Assembly: GCA_003344405.1 (NCBI GenBank)
Contig: NOWV01000148.1
Span: forward strand, 1 to 64,000
DNA: 64,000 nucleotides
Direction of reading: 5' to 3'
Origin: Trichoplax sp. H2
Lineage: Eukaryota
The position numbers were made by a program, and so were the translations under genes. Shown here one piece after another: positions 13,831 to 27,629 of the stretch. The notes beneath the pieces were generated by a model. That model was not told the DNA's origin and searched no databases. It saw only the letters and a list, made by a program, of their open reading frames with translations. How positions within the stretch are numbered: position 1 is the first letter of the stretch; every line of letters starts with the position of its first letter.

Positions 13831-15816
13831 ATGGTTATGGCTTATCAGCCATATCCTTGGCGGTGGTTCAGTGGGTATGCTCGCATACCATTTGCAAAGT
13901 TAGTTACATCTAGTTTCAACAGCTCCAATAGCAAAGGAACCAATGCTTGGTCTGCCGATAGCATCAACAAATCTCAGGACGACTCTACTCAAAAGTCACC
14001 ATGTCAAGATTCAATAAAGGAGGTAACACTCGACTTGATCGGTGTTTAGTGTTGTCTATTCTGGGAATGGATTAGTCCCTTTCTTAATTGTAATGTCATC
14101 CATTTCATCTCTGTAGTCTCTATTCTGTGATGTGCAGTACAGTAATCGAATACTGTTATTCTTAACAGAAGTATTTATTAGGGAGAATTGCTTCGATCTA
14201 CTATTTGTACGACATTGAAAGTATAGATTAATAGTTCAATAAATAATAAATAGGTTTAATATAGTTCTTTCCTGTGTCCATTCTTATTGCCCGACTGATA
14301 TACTTCGGACCCCGCGGTAACAGAGTTTCAAATTGGATAAACCTATAGACTCAAGTAAGTTCCATTATAACGTACATTTCAATTTTGACTTTGCATGCAT
14401 TTGAAGAGATCCATTTTCTATATTGCACATAAATACTACGCAAAGATATCAAGTCCACTCAGACCGCAAAGTAGTAGCTGGTAGCCTATACACAATATGG
14501 ACACTTTGTTATGTTCTAAAAAGTAATCGTCAGCCAGAACTCACAATGAGTGCAGTAGGACTCTCATCTTGGCTTATACCGTGTTTAGAAATATTCAATT
14601 ACTTAATGAATAAATATAATGATAATGTGATATAGACCAGCCTGTAGCCAACAGATGCATTTCTTTGAAGCGACATTTTACCATTTTAGCATGGTGGAGA
14701 CTGTCTTCCTACTCGATTAGAGTAGTTTAATTAGGAATCTGAACTTAACTGAGTCAATCGTACTAAGCAGCCTAACTTGACAGAGCTGTGTAAATTATAT
14801 TTAAAGTACAGGCAACTAAGTTATGTAGTACGCAATGTATAACGAACTGGCATTCCGCTAATGTTAATTAAACATGTTACTGTATATCCGTCTCTGCATT
14901 ATCCTTTCTATTATATTAGACTGCCTTGACGTTAAATACTCCAAAAGTGGAGGGCCAGGTGGACAGAATGTTAACAAAGGTATCAATTCCAAACAAGTTT
15001 TTAACCATTACAATATTGATTGAATCACTTGGAGTACTTGCAGTAAATAACACTGAACGTTTTACGCTACTGACCACTGTGCACCAGTATTAATACATGA
15101 ATATTATGCCGTTTTAGTAAATACTAAGGTAGATATACGCTTCCATGTCGATTCTATGGAATGGATACCAGAATGGGTGAAGCAGCGCTTGTGCCAGCTG
15201 GTATGTATTACTTTCTCCAAATACATGATACAAATCCGAAAGTGATTCGAATAGAACTATTTATTCAAACGTTTATCGTATTGGTACCAGGATTGAGCTA
15301 CTGCACTGTAAATGAGTAGAAGGCATTAGGCTATGCAATGCATAGTTGGATGACTGGTAACCTATTGAGGGCCTAATGAATACGTGTATATGATCTTAAA
15401 ATACGGCGGGTATTTTGTTGCATAGGAAAAAAAGAGGATTAATAAGGAAGGCCAGCTAGTAATCTCTTCTACCAAATTTCGATCACAGAAATTGAACTTA
15501 GATGACGCTATTCAAAAATTAGAAGATATCATTAACAAGGCTGGAGAGATACCAAAGCCAACTGCTCCAGAAAAAGTGGCTAAAATTAAAAAACTGTAAT
15601 AAATGAAATGAAATAACGATTGATCGATGGACTACATGCATACGCATATACTGTACATAGTTGCACTAACAACCGTATCGTTGACGTAATAATTTGTATT
15701 AATAAATTACTCTACATTTTGTGCATTTCCTTAGGAAACACGTCGCAAACGAAAAAAGATTAAAGCAAAAATACTTCCATTCTAAAAAGAAGCAAGATCG
15801 AAAGTCCATATTTTAA
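13831..15816 (+). CDS. MRPL58: Mitochondrial peptidyl-tRNA hydrolase ICT1/mL62 (GGQ class I release-factor family), about 6 exons
   Basis: Exons about 13831-14022, 14324-14354, 14920-14979, 15118-15200, 15426-15595 and 15735-15816. Translation includes [59 protein letters not shown] and a basic tail (NEKRLKQKYFHSKKKQDRK). The first exon and start are less certain. Confidence 0.9.
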
Positions 15817-16781
15817 TATCACAGGGTCGATAGAAGTACAGTAATCTTCAATTTGAGCAGGAAACCAGATGAAGACAACAAATCTTTAGTGTCTTCCATT
15901 TTGCAATGCCACTGTAGCAGTTTGTGATTATTACCACCTGGCCAATATACTGTACTGTACATTAAAGACATTCGCTGATAATATACGTGTATCAAAATAT
16001 ATGGGAACCCTATTTGTATTTCATATATTTCGAATGCGAAGGTAACACACTAACATGCAAGATTTTGCTGCTGCAATATTTGATACAATGCATTTATTAA
16101 CTGTTCCAGTTATACATTTCGCTGCTGTTCGTTACGCATGCTAAATTAAAGAACTGAAAGAAATTTTACACAAATAACTCTGTAATGGACGTATATCGAT
16201 TGTTATCCTGTATCAAAAACATCCGAGTATCCCTACTTTATAAGAGATTATTGAAAGTTAGATACATGATGCTAGTTCGTTAGCATTAACATAATTCAGT
16301 TTCTAAAATACACGTTGTGATACCTTAACATGGCATCTATCTCTCTATAAACACAAAAATATATCTTAATTTTATGTTAATTCTTAAAAATTATATTATA
16401 TTATTCTAAAAAGATATGAAAAGATTCAGTTGTGTTAGCCAGACAAGATGACTTTCATGACAGTAACTTTGATATAAGTTAGTTCAGCTCGCTTTAAATC
16501 AAGTTGGCGGTATAATTATACAAATACAAGCGAATAAACAATAAATTGCTCACGTATACCTCTAGACGTAGAGTATGGAACATTACACGTATAAACATCT
16601 AGAATGGTTGCAAAATTCGTTTCTACTATAGTATAACCATATGATAATGATATTTAGAGTAGCACTGGTAAACCATTTGAAGTAAATTTACCGTCGTTCA
16701 ACAACTGCTATAACAGTAAATACCTTCGAAATCTAAATCAAAAGATTTATGCTGTACATCACTTTAAATTGATATTTACTT

Positions 16782-19700
16782 TTATTCATCAATTTCTCCC
16801 CATATTTCTTCCGCGATCATGTAATATTTAGTTGCGAGGCGCCCTTTCATAGATGCCGTAGCATTTTCACCAGCTGAATTATATAATTCTGCAGCTTGCG
16901 TTAAATCCTGTTCTAAGTCATATCCACCTGCACGATACAACTCGGCTTGACGTACCATTAATGAATAGTTCGGATCTTCCATACAAGCGTCAAAGCAGCC
17001 TGCATCGTCATCATCAGCAGTATCCATAGCACACTGATACCAGTGAACTGCTTCATTCCAAGATCTTTCCAATATAGCGGAGCAATGTATTAGATAGAAC
17101 ATATCAATCTAAAACTGTAAAAATGACTATAAATCGGCTGCTAACCTTTCGTGTCCGACTATTTCTCCTGTATCATGAGCTTTTGCAATAATTACCATCG
17201 CCTTGCGATCTCCACCATTAGCGGCTTCTAGCATGAAATTATACCCTTTGATCCTATTCTCCTCTGTATCCTAGTGATGAATAGCAAAGTGTGTAAAAAG
17301 TAACAAATACCTGTTTAAAAATTAATGCTATAGAAAGACTAACTTCGACAGAAAAATCAATCAGAATATCATGGGGCGATTGGAGATAAATGTTGGCAGC
17401 ATTAATGACAGCATCAGTTAAGCCTAAATTAGCGGCTAATAACAAATGATAGAATCCAGACTCTAAATCTGGTTCTTTATCGGTAAATCGACCCATTTCA
17501 TTATATCTTGCAAGTTCAAAGTGTATCTGTGGAAAGCAGAAAGAAAAATTAAATAGCCAGATTAATCATATGCATTTTTTTCCGTAAAGACAGATATTGT
17601 TAGAGCAAAACATTAGATCTTCTACAGTAAGACGATTTATCCTTGATGACAATACCTTTCCTAGAATGGACGTATTCTTCATTTTACCGGTAAATTTCTT
17701 TAAGCTAAAAAGCTTAATTTCAGCAGCCACACTAGAGCCTCTATGTGATCGTCTGTGTTGCTGGAATAGTCTATCTTCTTCACCCTGTTAAGGACATAGT
17801 AAAGTTATTGTAGACTTTGTCTAATAACGATAACATAGGGCATTCAAAAAATCATCATTGTATCCTTGATTACCTTATCAAAAACATCGTCACCACTATC
17901 ATGTCTTTGTCGTGACGTTTTCCGAGCTCTTATGATAGGAAATTCCATTGGAAAATCATCGACTGGAGAATCTAACGGTGATCCTACAGGTGTCGTCTGA
18001 TTCGAGGAACTTTCGCTAGCTCTTTTTAAGAAGTAGTCTTCTAAACTTTCTTCAACGGGTGAAACTGGATTAACATGAGAATCGCTTCTTTGAAAGTCTT
18101 GTATTGATAAGGTGGAGGAAGATTGCTAAATGTATCAACAGATATTCAGTTGGCACATTTTGGTACATAATACGATAAACACTAAATAAATGCTCTAGTT
18201 TTAGATACATGAATTTTGCCTCACATTGCTAAATTGACTTGTCAGTAATCGTTGCTTTCCATTGCTACTTAAATCAAAGGTACCAAGACTCAATAATTCG
18301 CATAATGGATTGCAAGTATGGGAACTAAAGAAGAGTGCCATGCCTTTTGGTCCCAAATTTGCTTCTCCGTAGCTTTTAGCGTCGGCGGTATGAATTTGAG
18401 GATCAGTATATAAGTCGCCAACGCCTAGATAAAGTAATAGCGCCACAAAGGGCAAAAGAGTTATTACTAGCAATACCTTGACTACAATATATTATCTTCC
18501 CCATGAGGTAAATCGAAATGCGTAGGCATAGGTGATAATGAAAGTGACAGACCTTGGACATCCACGACAATCAGTTGATGGCCAGAACGCTCAAAGGTAA
18601 AATGGCTAAAGGCTTGGGGTGTTGCGCGTAATGTCTCGTCAACATAACCAGAGTTTGAATTATACTTGATGTAATCTCCTTCCACAAAATGCTCTATGTG
18701 ATATAGTGGCTTATCTGGTCTGTTGATAAGTTCTATTATAGAAACTTGAATGATGTCAACCTAACAAAAGAGAACAGTAATATCAGTAACTAACCATTTA
18801 AATTTCGCCGTCTTTTTATGTGGATGCTTAGACATACCTTCTTTGGCGGATTGTGCCTGTTGTATTCTTCACCCCATAACTTGGCATCCATTTGTAGTTT
18901 GCATTCTTCAAAGTAGATAAATCTTTCCACAGGATCGATATAGCGTTTTGCAACACAATTCAATGCTTGTTTCCATTCAAGACTAGTATCATAAATATCT
19001 TCCTCGCATCTGACTTTTTTCCAGTTGGACAATTTCTTCCTATGTGTTAAATCATTCGTTTGATAGTACATGTTAGCATACCAAATATTTCTAGCTAAGA
19101 AGGCATTCACTTTTGCCGGCAGTCAAGATGTTACAGCTTTAAAATTATGGCAAATGTGCTCAGTATATTTTATAATTGAGTAGGTCTAGTCAATCAATAT
19201 TATTACTACATAAAAGTGATATTACATTTGCAGTTGTACATATACAGCAGCTACCATAAAAGATAGCAAAGGTATGGATTGTATTGGAATCTATCCTGAT
19301 TTATTTGTAAACCAATTTAAGAAGAAGTTAACGCTACATGATAGACACTTACATTCTGTAACACTGCCGCATTGCTCCATGGGCAAACGACTAACCATGA
19401 GAGAAAGATTATAAAGTTAATAAAATTCAATTCGAAATTTACTAGTAAAATTAAGCATAACTATAATATTTTAACTGCAATATTAGAGCTGTAAATATCG
19501 ACGTCTGTTTCTGTTAAGTTCACCAGCCTTAACCAGAATCGAGTAAACTTAACTTAAATTAATGGTGCATGCGACTGAAACTGTTTGAAAGCGTTTCCTT
19601 AAGCATTAATACTATTTACTAATAGTAATCTTTGCCAAGATCATAGACTAATAAAAGGGTTTCTTCTGGTAGTTCATGCACTTAATTGAAACATCCATAC

Positions 19701-21265
19701 GAGCAGCACAGTTCGAGTTGGAGATCTGTACTATATCGCCTAGTCGTTGTAACTGCTTGGAAGCTAGTTCTCTCTGTCGTGTTGATGCATTACATAATTT
19801 TCTAAAAGCCGCATTACCTATTTTGCTATTTGTTAATAAGCTGTATATTGTTTATCGCCAAGTATTGCAAATGAAGTACTGTACACTGCATAATATGTGG
19901 TCGTATATGAACAAAGTCGACATATTGTTTATCATTCAGAGTCCCTTTAATTTAATGTCCAGTACATAGCAGTGTCATACATGTGTACACTACAGTACAG
20001 TATACGCGCAATACTGCATGTTGGTTTGTAAACAAACAGATACATAAATGTAAGAAAGAAATTCCTTTTAATCGATCTAGCGTATAATTATAATTGACTT
20101 GGAAGGAAAGCAATTTTCACTATAACGTATAATCACATCGGAAAGCTAGCTATGATATTTACGTAGTTACATCATTCCCATAGATGTTGACGCCCAGAGG
20201 AAAAGCAAATGAAGGCAGGTTAGTATGAGGAGAGGTTTCGTCGATAGTGATGGGTTTGATTGCATACTGGGCCCTATTAATATCACTACTTAAAGTATCA
20301 TTTAATGATACTTTAAGCGTTTCACGAATATTTCACAACTCCAGCGAATTGGAGTTGTAAAAGAAGAGTAAATTACATCATCATCATCACAACTGTGAGC
20401 CTTCCTGGTCGTCAATCAAAATCCGACACTAGTGAATGTTTACTATTCTAATGATAGAAAATGGTGTGGATCAAGTCGATTATACTGTCAATGTGGAGAC
20501 ATGAGATTAGGGAAATTAATCCAGGAAATTGTTTTGGCTATTTCATTTTGAACCTATAGTACTGTACAGAAGCGCTGCAGCTTTGAAAGGGCGATCGCTA
20601 CTGTATTGTATACATCGAAATTCTTTAAAATAGCTGCGTAACAGACCCGATCCTGCTGTGTTCTTGAGAGATACTGTAGCATGCAAGAATAACAATTACA
20701 AGATCATCACTATCGTCTGCATGATAACATGGCATCGATGCAATATTGAGTTCATGATATAGATTCTATCTATAATGCTATTCAGGGGGTCAAATCATTC
20801 TCCATCATGCTTTAGGTAGGCTTGGGAATGCACATTTCATTTCCATTCAACTCCCGTAGCATTACGATCCATTGAGTTAATCGGGCATGACCGATATTAT
20901 CTTCTACTGTAGCTCTACAACTACATTGATTGATGCCTGTAGACTAGTGAAATGCATTCATACTCAAGGGTGCAACAGTGACAATGCATGACTACCCAAA
21001 TTATCCTCTTTTAAAATAAGAAAGACGATTTGCTTTTACTACGTCTAAAAGTATCATTCGGTTTGCCTACCTCATCATCTATTTTGACCAAGACTCGATC
21101 TTCCACCCAAGTTTTGGTGGCTGCATTATAACGATGTCGTTTGGCTAATTCAGTCTGGCATCTGTTTTCGATATCATACTCTGCCCAAGGATCAGGTAAT
21201 TCTTTTGCTTTAATAAAAGCACTTTTCCACTGTTTGGTTAAAGTACTACCCCGTCCGTTTTCCAT
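16782..21265 (-). CDS. EEF2K: Eukaryotic elongation factor 2 kinase (alpha-kinase plus C-terminal SEL1-like repeats), about 10 exons
   Basis: Calmodulin-targeting WKSAFIKAKELPDPWAE (exon about 21265-21071), FAHGAMRQCYR (19390-19353), VAKRY..LQMDAKLWGEEYN, YIKYNSNSG, PQAFSHFTFERSGHQLIVVDVQGVGDLYTDPQIH, NLGPKGMALFFSSHTCNPLC, and C-terminal AAELYNSAGENATASMKGRLATKYY. The start codon is uncertain. Confidence 0.93.
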
Positions 21266-21879
21266 TTCTACTCCACGAAATGGGACTGTTCCACAATTTT
21301 CACTGAAGCGCAATAAAGTCAACACACCTTTTTTTTCAGCTTGTACAACAATATCAACTAGGCTGTTTACACCAAGCACCAATGATCAATTTTTGGCCTC
21401 AAAAGTGAGCTAAAAGCCAACTTGTACTCGGTATTTGATCACTCTTTTTGACTCGTTGAACTGGAAGAGAGAGTAATGGCGGACGTCTTGTCCTATCCAG
21501 AAGGAAGAATTGATGTTTTCCACTGACAGCAACGAGCTTATCGTGTGGTGTCAAGCGTCACGTTGATTCAATTGCAGTGGTGGGTGACTCGCTGCTGGTT
21601 GATCCAATGACAACCGATTGGAGTATTGTTATGCCGAAATTAATCTCAATTGATTGCCCAAAAGCAGTCACGTATCGTCACGTCATCATGTTGTGCCGTT
21701 TGACGCCCATGGTAGGTGACTGATTCATGTCATCTACTCACATACATCGACCTTCAACAGCGCATAGTAAACAACAACGGTGACCGAATCGTACCGAAGC
21801 AGTAAATGGTAATAAATAAATAAAAAAAAAAAGAAAATGATTAATTCATTACATTGATGCAAAATAATCCAGCTAAACA

Positions 21880-22350
21880 CTATACTGTACAGTGTACAGT
21901 ACAGTACTGAATGTGCAGTATCATTGCACGTTGCACGTACAATACTGGACTGTACAGTTATACAGTACTGTACGCTCAGTGGAGTGGAAAGTAATGGATT
22001 CGTCAATTATTCTGTTGACAAATAAAACTGTTTTTCTCTCACCGAAGGTGTGGAAATAGGTATGGTCCATTGGTCATGCATCATGTTGTACGCATGTTCA
22101 CGTTCGCGGCTTCAGTGCGCATGGACTATCGGCACTGCTCACGTTCGCGGCTTCAGAGCGCATGGACTATCGGCACTGTACTGTACAAAGTACTGTACAG
22201 TATAGTACTGTAGAGATCCTCTATTGTACAGTACTGGTCTGTACTGTACTGTACAGTATGGTACTGTTTACTGAGCCTAGCCTTGTATTGTACTGTACAC
22301 TGTACAATATGTTACAGACCGTCTGTACGACCGTCAGTCAGTACGGTACG
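21880..22350. promoter_or_regulatory. Divergent EEF2K/SVOP promoter with two low-complexity TACTGTACAG-type blocks
   Basis: Lies between head-to-head genes. Dense CTGTACAG/CAGTACTG palindromes at about 21880-21972 and 22175-22350. Confidence 0.55.
22098..22178. repeat. 41-bp tandem duplication (2 copies, 1 mismatch)
   Basis: TCACGTTCGCGGCTTCAG[T/A]GCGCATGGACTATCGGCACTG at 22098-22137 and 22139-22178. Confidence 0.95.
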
Positions 22351-22734
22351 GTCATGTCGCCCATTTTACTGGCTGGACAATTTCTAGCAGTAGTTATCTA
22401 CTATTTGGACAATGAAAATGGAAGGATCAAGAAGTCGACGTATACTATATTGTGTATTGTCCATCAGTTCCGTCGGCAATGCAATCAAGCAAGCACTAGG
22501 TAGTCCAGTTGAAACATCCATCACTTTTTTCTCCACTTGGTTTCAAATTGGAATAAAAAGAGTCTGTTGGCTAGAATCAAGTAGGCTTGCAGTAGTCGAC
22601 TGGAGGAGAGCGTCACATGTTTATACAGTCAAATCACTACTGTAGTGAGTGGTTTAAAAGTGGAATTCAACTCAGTCGTGTCATTACAGACAACTCAACT
22701 GCATCGCAGATCGCAAGCCGCCTCCTGCGAAACC

Positions 22735-25700
22735 ATGGCTACCGATGGTGACAGTGATGAAATAACTGCTCGGAGAAGGCTTTTAAACGACGATCATGGC
22801 AACATGGGTAAGGATGAAGATGATTTGTCTTGATATCAACTCATTCAGTTGTAATTGAACGACTTTATGATAGAAAATGGCTTGACATCGACACGGTCAA
22901 TACAACATATTGATTTATGATTGTTGTTCATTGTTGACAGTTAATTAGATAGTGATGCTGAAATGATTTACAGTTTACTTTATCATGCGCATGGAGATTA
23001 TTCCACTGCTGCACAAGTCTATCAATATACCAATTGCTAAGAAATGGGCTCGTAGTGAGTCCATCGTATCCAATATGTCGCTTTCCGCTTAAGACAATAG
23101 CCCGCTATGCTATACTTTGGCATCTGTTATCATATGCAATGGGACGCTGTTACCGCTACTTGACCAATGTTATTAAAAGGACATCATGTATTGTATTTTT
23201 TAGATGAGATGGACTTCACAGTTCTTCCCCAAACTTGTAGTCCTGATTTAACGCTTTTCACACGTCTAGATAAATCGAAAGAAATTACCGTCAATGAAGT
23301 CGTCGAAGCAATTGGTTTCGGAAAATTCCAACTCAAATGCCTTGGAATAATGGGATTTATATGGGTACGTCCGCCATCATTGGATTCATGCTGATGCTGG
23401 AATAGATAGATACATAAATTTAAACCATCTTTTAATTGTTATTCAAATAAAGTGAAATCCGTATAATAATCATATATCACAGTATTACTTTGAACGCATC
23501 CCACGATTATCATTCCATCTGTTTTGAAAATTAGTTATACTGCAGTCCATCAGGATTAAAATAAAAATAGAAATATCAACCATTTTGAATAATGGGATGG
23601 ATTCTTCTCATGATTTGATCAACGTGTTAGAATGCCATAATACTATAGGATTAATCAATACTGAACGATAACTCTACTGATATGATCAATACCATTCTGT
23701 AATCTAGTAAAGTGTAATTAAACTTTACGGATAATCCTACCTTGAATTCATAATCTCGACTACAGTGAAGAATCCAATAACAACATCAATTCATTATAGC
23801 CCCATAATTAACGTCGATGTACTATAAAATCATTCACTCCTTTTTCATTTCGTTTTACGGTAGATGATTGAATCCATGGAAATCACGATGCTGTCATTAC
23901 TAGGACCCCTCCTTGTTTGTGAATGGGGCATTTCCAGTATACAAGAAGCGCTCTTAACAAGTGTATGTATTAAACTGTAGCAAAATTGAAACATGGACTC
24001 GTCCAGATTATCATGGTGTGATAAGTTAACAATATGGTATAACGACTACCTTGTAGATTGTCTTTCTTGGCTACGCTATTGGTTCACCTTGCTTTGGTTG
24101 GGTGAGCGATCATTATGGCAGAAAAGTGGTATTTGAACTTGCATAGCTTCATCAAGGCCACGGTCTTATGACAGTTATCATCAGAATATTTACTGATCCC
24201 AATGACTCTGATTTAATATTTTGTTATAAAAGGGTCTTACTATAGCGGTTATATGCACGTCCTATTTTGGATTAATATCAGCTGCCGCTGGTGGCCTCGT
24301 TATGACACTACTATTAAGATCCCTTGCCGGTATTGGTGTTGGCGGAATCGCGCAATGGTATGCTCTAGTACTGTATATAGATATTAATGCTCGTTTTAAT
24401 TTTTGAGAATAAAATCAATCGTCATGGTACTAAAGCAACATAGCTTATCTTGTATTCTTGACATCGTAATAGAGACAGTAGTCATCTTACAGTATTTGTG
24501 TATTAATTACTATTGCTGCATAACATCGAAAAAGGTCTCTTCTAACTAAAGTGTCTTGCGTTGCAATGTAATTAATTTCACAGTGTTACAATGCTAACTG
24601 AGTTAGTGCCATCCAAGACTAGAGCTAAATCAATCATATCGCTGCAGGTAAGTACTTACTATATATGCTATACACAAGATTGACTGAATATTCAAATTGC
24701 TTCAACTCTATTTCCTTAGGTATTTGTATTTATTGGCATGTCTTTTGAAGGTTTATTAGCTTATCTACTTCTTGTCCCGCTGGGTTGGCGCATGCTTCTA
24801 GTGATTTCAACAGTCCCTTTGCTTGCTTTCTTACTACTTAGTCCGGTAAAAGCTAGTAGTTAGGGCTTGGCAGATATTGTTGTTAATGTTCATTTTGATA
24901 ATGAAACAAATTGACGTAACATTTTTTATTAATAGAGGCTTGTAGAGTCTCCTCGGTTTTTACTTTTAACTGGTAAACGAAAAGAAGCTACTGATATATT
25001 AGAAAAAGGTGCAAAGGCTAATAATAAGAGCATACCAGAGGGTATCTTAGTTGCCGATCTAGAGGTACCGAACGTACTAAATTACTCGATTAATCTTATA
25101 AATAGGCAATTGTCACATTTTGATACCTGTTATAGATTAATTAACAAGTGTATAGTTACTGTCACAGTTAATACTGTATGTCTTTGAATCATTTTTAGAC
25201 CGACCGAGGACGATTTAAGGATTTATTCAGTCCTTCTTATAGAACTCTTACTTTTATGCTATGGTGGATTTGGTATAAAATAGTACATTTCTTGGTCTTC
25301 CGTTATCTAAATGATTCTAAAGTTGCTGAATTCTATTACTAATTTCAACAGGATAGCAAGTGTTACGCTGTATTATAGCACGATCCTCATGACTCCAGCG
25401 TTAACCAAAGTTACTAGATGCGGTAAAACAAACATTATTTAGTAGGATTCACATTTTAAATTTTATGGATGTCTGCTTCTATGTAGTATAAGGCAGCAGA
25501 AGCATGCAACGTACTGTAGGCTTAGACGTGACTTGCACAATTCGTGTGCCAGAATTTCACATATTTAACCCGCCATAAATGTTTATAACGTTACTGTATG
25601 AACCTTTTGATCACCGATCAAGTACTTATTCCTTTGCTTCATTAGGCCACGGTGATGGAAATGAAATCGTTCACTGTCGTTGTAAGCAAGTTACTAACAG

Positions 25701-26765
25701 TGATATAGTAGCTATTATCATAGCAAGCATTGGAGAATTATTAGGTATTTTCGCTTTGAAACCTTTAAATTTGATATTTTTGATATAAACTTTGGAAGAA
25801 ATAACCAGTCGTTACCCAAAGTGCGATTTCGTTATATTTATGCTGTTATTCGAAATGACTTAAAGGCGGCTTAGTAGCGTTTCTTCTCATTGATCGACTT
25901 GGACGTAAAAGGACGCTTGCTTTTGGATTTATCCTTGCGATGTTGTCTTATCTTTTATTAATAATATGCGCAGACAGGTGCTTAATAAACGTTCATTTTT
26001 TTATAGCTTTTATCAGTATCGTATAGTAACTTCTTAGTATTAAAATATTTATTTGATGTACGCCATTGCTTACGTATTTTAACATTGAATGACATTTTTT
26101 TTAAAGAAATTATAATAAAGAAAATAATATTTTACAGAACTACAAAGTATGGACTAACACTGTTTTCGCGATCATGTGGTTCTGGCTTAAGTCTTCTTTG
26201 TTATGTTTATTCTCCTGAGGTTAGTTCATTGATAAAGTAGACATGTAGAAGGTACCGCAATGGACTGAATCAAATTTTTTATTTCAGGTTTATCCCACAA
26301 AGTTCAGAGCAGTTGGAATTGGCACCGCTAATGCTGTCGGACGAATAGGAGCAATTTTATCACCGTTTATAGCTCAGGTTGGATAAATCAATATTTATGG
26401 AAGGATTGCTTTTAAAGCTGATGCAATTTTACCATCGATTTACGGTTAAAGCTAGCTGTAGTAGTTTTCATGCGAGGAACCACGTTAATGCTGCACTTGA
26501 ATTTGTTTACTAAACGCCAAATTGTTGGGATTTTAAACGTCTAGGTACTATTTTCGGCATCTGATATTTTAGCTCTTGTAGTAGCTGCTGGTTTTGCATT
26601 GGTTGGTGCAATATGTAGCCTATTCCTGCCTTTAGAAACAAAAGGCCGTTTACTTCAGGTCAGCAATAATGTAAATTTTAATCTCTCAGAAATGAATATT
26701 ATTTTCCAAATCGAATGAAATATTCTGACTAACAACATAACATCACATGATAGGATACGAATTAG
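22735..26765 (+). CDS. SVOP: SV2-related MFS transporter (SVOP-like), about 16 exons
   Basis: Spliced exons give TVNEVVEAIGFGKFQLK, ESMEITMLSLLGP..CEW, SDHYGRKV, TMLTELVPSKTRA, LGWRMLL, ESPRFL, RGRFKDLF, IDRLGRKRT, YVYSPEVYPTKFRAVGIG..GRIGAILSPFIAQV and LPLETKGRLLQ. The last micro-exon 26754-26765 (DTN*) is tentative. Confidence 0.88.
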
Positions 26766-27629
26766 TTTTTTGACAAAGGTCTTTGATCTTGGCTCATCAC
26801 CAGTGGTGTCAAGAATGCCAGCTATATTTTATGATTCTCTGAACTGCCAATCAATCTACTTATTTATTAAAATGTTATATTACAAATTGTATAAATTTCT
26901 ACTATTACAACGGTTTTTAATACTGAATCAGAAACTGATCTTCGATAACGACTTCTGTTGTAATTTACTTTTAGCTGCAGACTGATTTATCTATTAAAAT
27001 ATTGGTAATTTTATTGTTTGTCAACGTTTTATAATATATTTTCTGTTATGTCATATTACAATAATATCTTGTATGGTGGTGTGACGTTTGCTCAAGTACA
27101 ATTTAGATTAGACTATGACCAACAGTACTATCTATGAAGTCAATAAAGTTTATTTATTCTGAATATTCTTCATATCATGCATATGTTTTGAACTGTGTAG
27201 TTTCTATCGATCCTTCCTGCTTATGGTATCGGAAATGGCGTCGCTGATCGCTATTGCCTCTTCTGGCTATCATACTATTTCAGTGTAGAATACGAACGAA
27301 GATATTATCAGTTAGCAATGATTATAATTATTAACGTTGTCCTTTATTTAAGTCTATATTAGTAATTACTACACAGCACTATTAAGCTATTCTAACGTTG
27401 GGGTAACAGTATAACAGTAATATCGATATAAAATATATTTAAATTTTAGATAGTTGTCTTTATTCAAAAATACACACAATTATTTAGATTAATGCTGAGG
27501 CAATCCTTCAACTATAATTATAACATGTAATACAGCATAACTTAAAAACGAACAATACTTGCTACCACCAATGAAGTTTACTGCGAAATTTATTTATTTT
27601 GATAATAACCAATGTTTTCGTAATTATGA

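Noticed and set aside
21734-22503. ORFs of 90 and 113 aa rich in TV/LYC/QY
   Set aside because: Translations of the low-complexity TACTGTACAG promoter repeats.
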